Part shown: positions 44,654 to 57,900 of the stretch, one piece after another
Layout of the letters: each line of letters starts with the position of its first letter
Numbering within the stretch: the first letter of the stretch is position 1
DNA from: Myxococcales bacterium
GTDB lineage: Bacteria > Myxococcota_A > Polyangia > Polyangiales > Polyangiaceae
Assembly: GCA_043747615.1 (NCBI GenBank)
Contig: JAYTOU010000050.1
Span: forward strand, 1-58,508
Direction: 5' to 3'
DNA length: 58,508 bases
Translations under genes and position numbers: made by a program
Notes under the pieces: model-generated
Told to the model about the DNA's origin: nothing
Databases searched by the model: none
The model's input: only the letters and a program-made list of their open reading frames with translations

Positions 44654-45989
44654 TCACCTTCCGAAAGGTCAGGATCCCGATTGGACCGAGCATCGTCATG
44701 AGCCCGATGATCGACCACATGATGGCGGAGTGGCGCTCGCCGACCGGCGGACAGTACGCGGTGAGCAGTCGGCCAGCGGTCATCGACACGAAAAATTTCG
44801 CCAAGAAATACGGCAGAACGGCGAGGCTCACGTACGTCGCTTCGCGGCCCGGCGGCGCTATCGACACGTTGTACTCGTAGCTTCGCGGCGACCAGAGCGC
44901 CTCGCCAATGGTGAGGACGACGATGGCGGTGATCTGGATCGCGGTGGAAGAGCCGAGCGCGAAGATGAACGGGCTGAGCGCGGTAATGAACGAGCCGATG
45001 ATGATCACCTTGAACGCCGGCATGTGCCGGGTGAAGGCCGTCGTGATCGGGACGAAGACGAGGATGAGCACCGAGTTCAGCGCCCAGAGCCAGCCCCAGT
45101 CGAAGTCCTCGCCGCGTTCGCGGGTGATGAACTTCGGCCACGTCGAGTGCATGTGCACGAAGATTGATTTTACGAGCACCAGGAAACCGATGAGGAGCAT
45201 GAAGCGCCAGAAGCGCTTGTCCGACGCCACTTCTCGGAGCACCGCGAACGGGTTCGTGGCTCGCTTCGTTGGCGCCGCCACTTGACTCGCGCGCATCGTG
45301 GGGATGTCGCGATCATTGCGAACGAAGAGCGTGGCGACGAAACCGAACGCCGCGGTGATGGTGCCGAGTCCGATGATCGCCCGGTACGCGCTCATCGACG
45401 TCGCGCCAGCGAACGGAAGCTCGATTGTCTTGAGGACGAGCTTGTGCGTTTGGGTGTCGGCGAAGAAGGCCTTCGTCCGGTCGATCAGCTGACCGGCGAG
45501 CACGCCTCCGATGTTGAGCGAGATGTAGAAAAAAGAAAACGCGATCGCGACCGTCTGCTTCGTCGAATATTTCTGGATGGCGGTTTGCATCACGGGCGCG
45601 CCGCTGGCGAGCGCGAAGGAATACGCGATGAGGGCAGGTAGGGCGATGGCTGGCGTGGGTGAGACGCACATCACCGACCGGGTGAGCATCGCCGCGCCGA
45701 ACGAAAAGATGAGGGTTCTCCTCGTGCCGACCACATCCGCTATTGCGCCCACCATGAAGGCGAAGAGCGACAGGAGCGCGCTGAAGACGCCGAACCAGTT
45801 GCTCGCCTTGTTGTCGTCGAACCCGAAGTCCTTCGTGAGCCAGAGCGACAGGACGGACATGAACGAATAGAGCCCGATGTACTCGAAGACGATCGCCGCG
45901 TACGTCAGCCACAGCTCTCGCGGGCAATTGAGGAGCGCCTTCAGGTCCTCGAAGTAAGAGCGCGTTGTCTCGGCCGGGGCAGTGCTCAC
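44628..45989 (-). CDS. MFS transporter (POT/peptide-transporter-like)
   Basis: About 12 TM helices; GAIAD..G.RR, FSFFY..LN.G, IGEA.WSPR. The 3' end overlaps the oxygenase by 26 nt. Confidence 0.88.
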   Translation of the reverse strand: MSTAPAETTRSYFEDLKALLNCPRELWLTYAAIVFEYIGLYSFMSVLSLWLTKDFGFDDNKASNWFGVFSALLSLFAFMVGAIADVVGTRRTLIFSFGAAMLTRSVMCVSPTPAIALPALIAYSFALASGAPVMQTAIQKYSTKQTVAIAFSFFYISLNIGGVLAGQLIDRTKAFFADTQTHKLVLKTIELPFAGATSMSAYRAIIGLGTITAAFGFVATLFVRNDRDIPTMRASQVAAPTKRATNPFAVLREVASDKRFWRFMLLIGFLVLVKSIFVHMHSTWPKFITRERGEDFDWGWLWALNSVLILVFVPITTAFTRHMPAFKVIIIGSFITALSPFIFALGSSTAIQITAIVVLTIGEALWSPRSYEYNVSIAPPGREATYVSLAVLPYFLAKFFVSMTAGRLLTAYCPPVGERHSAIMWSIIGLMTMLGPIGILTFRKVINPRPEAA

Positions 45990-45997
45990 GGCGCACC

Positions 45998-46045
45998 TTG
46001 ACAGTGCGTGACGAATTCGTAAACATTGAATCCGCTAATCAGGAT
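45998..46045 (+). promoter_or_regulatory. Promoter and candidate SahR operator upstream of sahR-metH
   Basis: TTGACA (45998)-N16-TAAACAT, followed by the inverted repeat ATCC-N8-GGAT (46030-46045). Confidence 0.55.
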
Positions 46046-46051
46046 GAACAA

Positions 46052-46999
46052 ATGAGCCTCGCCCAATACGTTGGAACGCTGAACTTGCTCGGTGACGAGA
46101 ACCGGTTGCGTCTTTGCGCGCTGCTCCGGGATCGCGAGCTCAGCGTGACCGATCTCGTACGCGTGACGGGGATTTCGCAGTCACGGGTCTCCACCCACCT
46201 CGCGCGGCTCCGCGAAGGTGGGTTCGTGCGTGACCGGCGCGACGGTCATCACGCGTTCTATGCTCTTGCCCTCAATACGCTGCCGGGTACTGCCAAAGCG
46301 GTCCTCGACGAAGCGACGAGCTCGGCAGACCCGACGCTCGACGGGGATAAGCGCCGCCTCTCAGAGCTCGACGCCGAGCGGCGCGGCAGACTGCCTGAGT
46401 CCTTCGCGGGAGAGATGGACCGTCACTACTCGCCGGGCCGCACGTGGCAATCACTCGCCGCGGGGATCGCCGCGCTCCTTCGCCTGGGGGACGTGCTCGA
46501 CGTTGGCTCGGGCGATGGCGCGGTCGCTACCTACCTTGCGCCTTATTGCCGCTCGCTCACGTGCATCGACACGAGCCCGCGGATGATCGAGGCCGCCTCG
46601 AAGCGGCTCTCGAGCCACTCTCACGTGCGGACCGAAGTCGCCGACGTGCACGCACTTCGTTTCCGCGCTGCGTCTTTCGACTCGGTCCTTCTCTTTCACA
46701 CGCTGACGTACGCCGAGCATCCCCAGCGCGCCGCCAGCGAGTGCGCGCGCGTGCTCCGTCCGGGGGGGCGGCTCGTCCTCTTGTCGCTCGACGAGCACGA
46801 GCACGAAGAGCTGACCGCTCCGTACGGCCAGCGTCACGCAGGCTTCTCGCCGCGCGCTCTTCGCACGCTCCTCACCCGCGCAGGGCTTACCACCGCCTTC
46901 TCGGACATCGCCTGTCGCGAAGCCAAGAAGCCTCATTTTCAGGTGGTGCTGGCCATCGCCGACAAGCCTAAAACAGGCAAGAACACCAAGGCAGGTTGA
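46052..46999 (+). CDS. sahR: ArsR HTH plus SAM-methyltransferase-domain regulator (SahR-type)
   Basis: RLRL..LL..ELSV.DL...SQSRVSTHLARLRE.G.V.DRR; YSPGRTW; VLDVGSGDG; directly upstream of metH. Confidence 0.8.
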   Translation: MSLAQYVGTLNLLGDENRLRLCALLRDRELSVTDLVRVTGISQSRVSTHLARLREGGFVRDRRDGHHAFYALALNTLPGTAKAVLDEATSSADPTLDGDKRRLSELDAERRGRLPESFAGEMDRHYSPGRTWQSLAAGIAALLRLGDVLDVGSGDGAVATYLAPYCRSLTCIDTSPRMIEAASKRLSSHSHVRTEVADVHALRFRAASFDSVLLFHTLTYAEHPQRAASECARVLRPGGRLVLLSLDEHEHEELTAPYGQRHAGFSPRALRTLLTRAGLTTAFSDIACREAKKPHFQVVLAIADKPKTGKNTKAG

Positions 47000-47002
47000 T
47001 CC

Positions 47003-50809
<3,807 letters not shown>

Positions 50810-51009
50810 AGCCCGGGTCGCGCCAGCATGTTTGCCGCTTCTCCAGGAGATTGGCCACGACCGCCTGTAGCCGCGCGTCGCTCCTCGATGGAGAGGATCG
50901 TCGTCCGTTTCAGGTTCGGGCGGACGCGCACCGCATAGCCAGAAGTGTAACGTGTGACTTCGCAGAGCGGCATGGCCTCGAGGTCTGCCATTGTGCTAAC
51001 CGCAGCGGC

Positions 51010-51678
51010 GTGAAGGCTTGGGAGCTCCTCGGTGAAGCGCGGACGCCCGAGGGGACTGCGATCACGCTGACCCGTCGCGGAGGCGAGTATTTGATCCTCG
51101 CCGACGGCAAGGACCTCATGTCGAGCCGGATGAAAGGCTCCGAAGAAGAGCTCGCCCGGCTTGGCTGCGATCTCGCTCGCGAGCTTCCGAGCCCGACGGT
51201 GCTCGTGGGTGGCCTCGGTATGGGATTCACGTTGCGGGCGACGCTCGACTGCCTTCCGCCGGAGGCCACCGTGGTGGTCGCGGAGCTGATGCCCGAGGTC
51301 GTCGAGTGGAACCGTGGTCCGCTCGCGGTGCTCACCGATCATGCGCTCGCGGATCGACGCGTGCGGGTCGAGGTCGGAGACGTGACGGTCGTTCTGCGCG
51401 AGGGAAAAAGGCGATTCGACGCGATCTTGCTCGACGTCGACAACGGCCCGGCGGCGTTCTCTCAGGCGTCCAACTCCGGTCTGTACGACAACGCCGGCCT
51501 CGTCATGGTGCGCGAGGCTCTCACGCCTGGCGGCATGCTCGCGGTGTGGTCGGCCTGGGACGATCGCAAGTTCGAGCACCGCCTACGTCACCACGGATTC
51601 ACTGCCGAGACCCACCACGTGCGGGCCCGCCTGAAACAGGGCGGACGCCGTCATACGATCTTCGTCGGGCGTACCTGA
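51010..51678 (+). CDS. Spermidine-synthase-like class I SAM-binding protein
   Basis: LMSSR..GSEE.LA, VLVGGLGMGFTL, VAEL...VVEWNR, FDAILLDVDNGP. Confidence 0.82.
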   Translation: MKAWELLGEARTPEGTAITLTRRGGEYLILADGKDLMSSRMKGSEEELARLGCDLARELPSPTVLVGGLGMGFTLRATLDCLPPEATVVVAELMPEVVEWNRGPLAVLTDHALADRRVRVEVGDVTVVLREGKRRFDAILLDVDNGPAAFSQASNSGLYDNAGLVMVREALTPGGMLAVWSAWDDRKFEHRLRHHGFTAETHHVRARLKQGGRRHTIFVGRT

Positions 51679-52898
51679 GCGCCGCGTCGGTTCGTGCGCG
51701 GTGGGACGCTGCAGCGCGACTCGTTGCAGAGAATCGCGATGTGCTCGAGGCGCGCGCCGCCGATGGGGACGCGCCGACCGCGCTCGTGACCCGCGGCTGG
51801 GCGTCGTTCCTTTTATCGCTCGACGACCACGTCCTCGAGGCTATCGAGATTCACGGACATGAGGCGCGGTGGCCGAGCAGCGTTCCCGCGTCGCTCGGTG
51901 CGTTCGCCGCTCAGGCACGCGCTGTTGCGCACAGCACGCCTCCATTCGCGTGGGGCGAGCGGGTGGCTTCCGCACTCCCGCGAAGAGGCGAAACGCCTCG
52001 AAAACGAGCACAGATCGACGCGTTTGCTCAGCTCATTCTCCCCCTCGCCGCCAACGCCACCCGGGTGCTCGACGTCGGCTCCGGGCACGGGCACCTCGCG
52101 CGTGAGATTGCGGGGAGGATCGCTGTTCCGGTCGTCGGCCTCGAGCGCGACGTCGTGCTGGCGGCGCGCGCGCGCACTTTGTCCTTGAGCTCATCTCCGG
52201 TGTTCGCGGTGACCGACGTGCTCCGGGACGGGCTCTCGCTCGTGGGGGGCGAGTGTGTCATCGGTCTTCACGCGTGCGGCGAGCTGGGAGACGCGATCGT
52301 GGAGAGCGCAGCGCGAGTGGGGGCTTCGGTCGCGCTGGTCGGGTGCTGTCTTCAGAAGCGGCGGACACCCTCGCGACCGGCGCTATGCGCCCCACCAGAC
52401 CTCGCGATCGCCCTTGATTTGCCGAGTCAACTCCTTGGTCTGAGTAACCTCACGGCGCGTGACGCGGGGGTCGAGTCCACGCGCGCCGAGAACCTCGCGG
52501 GCCGTGAACGGAGGCTCGCGCTTCATCGGCTGCTCCTCGCCGATGGCAGCGGTGATCTCCGTTTTGGATCCGAGATCGACGGCTTGAATCGACGCGCGGC
52601 TCACGGAGATCTCCCGTCGCTGGTCGCTCGTGCTTTTGCCGTCCGCGGTCGGCCCCCGCCCTCCAGCATCGTGATCGCCGAAGCCGCAACGTGGGCGAGC
52701 GCGCACTACGCACGTGCCCGGCGTCTGTCGCTCCCACGCGCGATGCTCGCCCGCGTCCTCGAAGTATTCGTGCTCCTCGATCGCGCGCTCTACTTGGAGG
52801 AGCACGGCTTCTTCGTCACGGTGGGCGCGCTCTTTCCGAACGCCGTCAGCGCGCGCAACCTCGCCCTCGTCGCCACCCGCACCGTCAAGGCTTCATGA
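51675..52898 (+). CDS. Class I SAM-dependent methyltransferase (Methyltransf_32-like)
   Basis: RKRAQI, VLDVGSGHGHL, GLHACGELG, GCC, SARN.AL. Start uncertain (CTG overlapping the upstream TGA, or a GTG near 51740). Confidence 0.75.
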   Translation: MSAASVRARWDAAARLVAENRDVLEARAADGDAPTALVTRGWASFLLSLDDHVLEAIEIHGHEARWPSSVPASLGAFAAQARAVAHSTPPFAWGERVASALPRRGETPRKRAQIDAFAQLILPLAANATRVLDVGSGHGHLAREIAGRIAVPVVGLERDVVLAARARTLSLSSSPVFAVTDVLRDGLSLVGGECVIGLHACGELGDAIVESAARVGASVALVGCCLQKRRTPSRPALCAPPDLAIALDLPSQLLGLSNLTARDAGVESTRAENLAGRERRLALHRLLLADGSGDLRFGSEIDGLNRRAAHGDLPSLVARAFAVRGRPPPSSIVIAEAATWASAHYARARRLSLPRAMLARVLEVFVLLDRALYLEEHGFFVTVGALFPNAVSARNLALVATRTVKAS

Positions 52899-52963
52899 AG
52901 CGGAGAAGGAAGCGGTCGCTCGTTCCACGATTTTCGGGCGGTGCGTCGTCCGATGCGCTCTGG

Positions 52964-53065
52964 TCACGCCGCGTGGGTCCACTTGTCGAAGTCCGCCGGA
53001 TCCTGCGCGCACACGACGCCGTCGGGCGCCACGGCACGCGAGAGGAGCTCGGCGGCGAGGGCACC
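52964..53065 (-). pseudogene. Short remnant of a SAM-dependent methyltransferase
   Basis: GALAAELLSRAVAPDGVVCAQDPADFDKW resembles the post-motif-I segment (ELL.RAV.P.G.V.AQ) of class I methyltransferases; ends in TGA. Confidence 0.35.
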
Positions 53066-53270
53066 ATGTGTCCGAGGGTAGGACGTTCAGTGTCGCTGAC
53101 CATCAAATGACACTCTGAAAAACACGTGGAAGGCCTATTTTTGTCGAGCGTTTCGCCTCGCCGCGGGTGGCGCATCGAAACACGGTTCGATTTCAAGCCC
53201 CGGATCGCTCGTGGCGTGTACAAAGTCCCATTTTCGGGCCCCAACCACTCATGCCCAAAGGTGACCCCCG

Positions 53271-54893
53271 GTGTCGCGCAGCGAGAACGTACTGTCCAAG
53301 ATCGGCTATTGGCGTGGATCGCCGCGTCCGCTTTTCGGAGCGGGTGATCTCGCCGGCTTGGTAGCGCGCGTCCGGGAGCCCGTTCACGTCGTCCGTGACG
53401 GCGCGCACGGTCGGATCGGTCTCGCGATGGGCGGAGAAACTCTGGCGATCGGGGCAGGCGACGGTGAATTTCCGCTCCTCGCGTCGCTCCCGGCGCTTTA
53501 TCCGGAGTGGCTCGGGGATCGCTCGTTCTGCGAAGTCCACGACGTGCGCTTTCCGTACATCGCGGGCGAGATGGCAAACGGCATCGCAACGACGCGCATG
53601 GTCATCGCCATGGCCGAAGCGGGCATGCTCGGGATCTTCGGAGCCGCGGGCCTCGGCTATCCGCGCGTCGAAGCGGCGGTGGACGAGCTTGAGCGCTTGC
53701 TCGGGGATCGCGCTTCCTGGGGGGTGAATCTCATTCATTCGCCGAACGAGCCTGCTCTCGAAGATCGCGTAGCCGATCTCCTCATCAGACGCGGGGTGAG
53801 GCGCATCTCGCTCTCGGCCTTCATGGGGCTCACGCCCGCCGTCGTGCGCTGCTCGGCTGCGGGGCTGCACACCGATCCATCCGGAAAGATCGTCCGTCGG
53901 CACCAAGTGTTCGCGAAGATCTCACGCTCCGAAGTCGCCCAAAGGTTCATGTCGCCTCCGCCCGCGGACATGCTCCGCGCGCTCGTCGAGCAGGGGCTCC
54001 TCACACACGGCGAGGCCGAGCTCGCCGCGCGCCTTCCGGTCGCCGAAGACATCACGGTCGAAGCCGACAGCGGCGGACACACCGACAACCAGTCGCTCGT
54101 TGCGCTCTTCCCCACCATCATGGCGCTGCGAGACGAGATCGTCGCACGGCATGCCTACCTTCGTCCGATACGGGTCGGTGCGTCCGGCGGCCTCGGGAAT
54201 CCCGCGGCGGTCGCGGCTGCCTTCGGTCTCGGTGCGGCCTACGTGCTCACCGGCTCGGTAAATCAAGCGGCGATCGAGTCAGGGCTCTCGGACGAGGGGA
54301 AGGCAATGCTCGCCCAAGCCGACGTCGCCGACGTGATCATGGCGCCCGCCGCTGACATGTTCGAGCTCGGCGTGCAGGTCCAGGTCCTCAAGCGCGGCAC
54401 GATGTTCGGCGTTCGCGCCGCCAAGCTCTTCGACGCTTACCGGAGCTACGCGTCGCTCGAAGCCATTCCCGCCGAGACGCGGTCTCGCCTCGAGAAGGAC
54501 GTCCTTCACTCGACCTTCGACGCCATCTGGTCGGAGACGCGCGAGTTCTGGCAGCGCCGCGACGAGAGCGAGGTCGTGAAGGCCGAGGCCGATCCGAAGC
54601 ATCGCATGGCGCTCGTTTTCCGCTGGTATCTCGGCAAGGCCAGCAAGTGGGCGATCGACGGCGAAGCGTCGCGTCGCACCGATTACCAAATCTGGTCGGG
54701 GCCGGCGATGGGATCGTTCAACCGCTGGACGGCGGGGTCGTTTCTCGCCGAGCCGGCCAACCGCGCCGTCGTTCAGATCGCACGCAACCTACTCGAGGGG
54801 GCGGCGGTCATCACCCGCGCCGGACAGCTTCGTAGCTACGGCGTGTCCGTCCCCCCTTCCGCATTTCAATTCCGCCCGCGTCCGTTGTCATGA
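53271..54893 (+). CDS. pfaD: PfaD-family enoyl reductase of a PUFA synthase (myxobacterial pfa1)
   Basis: LGDRSFC..H.VRFPY.AGEMANGI, GVNLIHSP, AKISR.EVA, EADSGGHTDN, LTGSVNQ, MAPAADMFELG, RMALVFRWYLG, DYQIW.GPAMG.FN.W. Confidence 0.95.
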   Translation: MSRSENVLSKIGYWRGSPRPLFGAGDLAGLVARVREPVHVVRDGAHGRIGLAMGGETLAIGAGDGEFPLLASLPALYPEWLGDRSFCEVHDVRFPYIAGEMANGIATTRMVIAMAEAGMLGIFGAAGLGYPRVEAAVDELERLLGDRASWGVNLIHSPNEPALEDRVADLLIRRGVRRISLSAFMGLTPAVVRCSAAGLHTDPSGKIVRRHQVFAKISRSEVAQRFMSPPPADMLRALVEQGLLTHGEAELAARLPVAEDITVEADSGGHTDNQSLVALFPTIMALRDEIVARHAYLRPIRVGASGGLGNPAAVAAAFGLGAAYVLTGSVNQAAIESGLSDEGKAMLAQADVADVIMAPAADMFELGVQVQVLKRGTMFGVRAAKLFDAYRSYASLEAIPAETRSRLEKDVLHSTFDAIWSETREFWQRRDESEVVKAEADPKHRMALVFRWYLGKASKWAIDGEASRRTDYQIWSGPAMGSFNRWTAGSFLAEPANRAVVQIARNLLEGAAVITRAGQLRSYGVSVPPSAFQFRPRPLS

Positions 54894-54905
54894 GAGGCCG
54901 TCGAG

Positions 54906-57900
54906 ATGTCTGATTCGAAGCGTCATCAAGTCCCCATTGCCGTCGTCGGGGCGAGCGCCCTTTTTCCCGGGTCCTCCGATGCCCGCGGTTTCTGGTCCGA
55001 CATTCTCGCCGGTCGCGATCTCATCACCGACGTCCCCGCGACGCACTGGCTCGCCGAGGACTACTACGATCCGGATCCCACCGCGCTCGACAAGACGTAC
55101 TGCAAGCGAGGAGCGTTCCTGTCGCCGGTGGACTTCGATCCCATGGAGTTCGGCGTCCCGCCGAGCATCGTTCCGGCCACCGACACGGCGCAGATCCTCG
55201 CCTTGATCGTCGCTCAAAAAGTGCTCGAAGACGCGGCCCAGGGCCAGTTCGCCACGATGGACCGCGAACGCATCAGCGTTCTCCTCGGCGTCACCTCGGC
55301 TCAAGAGCTCCTCGGTTCGATGGTGAGCCGCCTTCAGCGCCCGGTCTGGTTGAAAGCGCTTCGCGAGAGCGGGATCCCCGAGACGGAAGCGCAAGCCGTG
55401 TGCGAGCGCATCGCCAAGAGCTACGTCCCTTGGCAGGAGTCATCGTTCCCCGGGCTCCTCGGAAACGTGGTCGCCGGGCGCATCGCGAACCGCTTCGATT
55501 TGCGCGGAACCAACGCAGTGACCGACGCAGCCTGCGCGAGCTCCATGGCGGCCGTGTCCATGGGCGTGAACGAGCTCCAGCTCGGGCAGTCGGATCTCGT
55601 GATCACGGGCGGCGTCGACGCGATGAACGACATCTTCATGTACATGTGCTTCAGCAAGACGCCCGCGCTCTCGCCCACCGGCGACTGCCGCCCCTTCTCC
55701 GACACGGCAGACGGCACGCTCCTCGGCGAGGGCATGGCGATGCTCGCTCTCAAGCGGCTCGAAGATGCCGAGCGTGACGGCGATCGCGTCTACGCCGTGC
55801 TCACGGGTATCGGGTCGGCGTCCGACGGACGTAGCAAGAGCGTCTACGCGCCTCTCCCCGAAGGACAGGCCCGCGCGCTTCGCCGCGCCTACGAAGTGGC
55901 GGGGTACGATCCCGGAACCGTCGAGCTCGTCGAAGCGCACGGAACGGGCACCAAGGCAGGCGACGCGGCCGAGTTCGAAGGTCTGAACATCGCGTTCGGC
56001 GAGTCGACGCGCAAAGACACCCAGTGGTGCGCGCTCGGCACCGTCAAATCGCAGATCGGTCACACCAAGGCTGCGGCCGGCGCTGCGGGGCTCTTCAAGG
56101 CCGTGATGGCGCTGCATCACAAGGTGCTTCCGCCGACGATCAAGATCGATCGCCCGAGCCCCAAGCTGAATATCGAGAAGAGCGCGTTTTACCTGAACAC
56201 CCAGCGCCGCCCGTGGATCCGCGATGCCTCGCACCCGCGCCGCGCGTCGGTTTCGAGCTTCGGTTTCGGCGGCAGCAACTTCCACATCGCGCTCGAGGAG
56301 TACGTCCCGAGAAACGACGGCACCGGCAAAGGAAAATCTGCGTGGCGCTACCGCACGTCGCCGACCGAGCTCGTCCTCTTGAGCGCACCGAATGCAGCTG
56401 AGCTCGTGTCGCGATGCAAGGCCCTCGCTTCGCGGACGACGGATCTCGAGCGCGTTGCCCGCGACAGTCAGGCTTCGTTCAAGACGAGCGATGCTTCGCG
56501 CCTCGCCGTGATCGCTTCGAGCGCGAAGGAGCTTGCCGACAAGCTCACCCAAGCTGCAGCCTCGATCACGAAAGCGCCCGACGCGCCGTTCACCACGCCC
56601 ACGGGCATCCATTGCGCCGTGGGCACCGCACACGCGGGCGAGATCGCATTCTTGTATCCGGGGCAGGGGTCTCAGTACGTCGGCATGGGCTCCGATGTCG
56701 CGATGGCGTTCGACATGGCCCGCGCAGCGTGGGACGCCGCCGCTTCTCAGAAGTTCGATGGCGAGTGCGTGCACGACGTGGTCTTTCCGCGTCCGGTCTT
56801 CACCGACGAAGCGCGCGACGCGCAGACGAAGAAGCTCACCGCGACCGAGTGGGCCCAGCCCGCGCTCGGCGTCCAAAGCATGGCGCTCGCCAACGTGCTT
56901 CACGCGGTGGGAATTCGTCCGAGCTGCGTTGCCGGACACAGCTTCGGAGAAGTGGCCGCGCTCCATGAAGCAGGCGCGCTCGACGTCGCATCGTTCGTCA
57001 AGGTTTCGCGTCGCCGCGGTGAGTTGATGCGCGACGCTGCTGCGGTGTCCGGCGCGATGACTGCCGTTGCCCGCCCCATCGACGAAGTCCGCGCGCTCCT
57101 CGCGGCGATTGGCGCCGACGTGGTGATCGCGAACCACAACGCCCCCACCCAGGTGGTTCTCTCGGGCGCCACCGAGGCCATCGCGAAGGTCGAAGCAGCG
57201 CTCGCCGCAAAAGGGATCACGGCGAAGCGTCTCCCGGTCGCCACCGCGTTTCATAGTCCGCTGGTCGCCGGTTCGAGCGCTCCGTTCCTCGCCTACCTCG
57301 AAGGCGTCTCGGTCGCGGCGCCCGCGATCGACGTGTACGGCAACGCCGACGCGACGCCCTATCCGAAAGACGCGCCTGCGATCCGCGAACGACTCGCCGC
57401 GCAGCTAGCCAAGCCGGTCCGCTTCGTCGACGAGATCGAAGCGATGTACGCGCGGGGGGTGCGAACGTTCGTGGAGGTCGGTGCGGGCAGCGTCCTCACC
57501 GAGCTCGTTGGGCGAATCCTGGGCGAGCGTGAGCATCGCGCCGTCAACCTCGATCGCAAGGGAAAGAACGGCGTTTCGAGCCTGCAAGAAGCGCTCGGCC
57601 GTCTGGCCGTTGGTGGCGTCGCGATGGATCTGAGCGTGCTGTGGGCGGCGTACGCGCCTGCTTCGGACAAGCCCGCAAAGAAGCCCGCGATGGCGATGCC
57701 CATCTCAGGAATCAACTATGGCAAGCCGTATCCTCCCCCCGGAGGCGCGAAGGATCTGCCGCCGCCGAATCCGGCGCGCCCCGTCGTGCATGCACCAGCC
57801 GCCGCAGCGGTCGCAGCTCCCGCGGCAGCAGCGGTCGCACCCGTCGCCAGCGCACCTGCGGAGGTTCCCGAGGTCCACGTCGCATGGGTCCAGGCGTACC

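Noticed and set aside
50810..51009. Possible gene fragment downstream of metH (minus strand YAVRVRPNLKRTTILSIEER)
   Set aside because: Too short to assign to any family by eye.
53089..53114. Inverted repeat AGTGTC-N14-GACACT upstream of pfaD as an operator
   Set aside because: Only 6-bp arms with a long spacer and no second copy; compatible with chance.
55440..57254. 604-aa minus-strand ORF and other small ORFs in 54.9-58.5 kb
   Set aside because: Shadows of the plus-strand pfaA frame, which carries all the KS/AT/ACP motifs.
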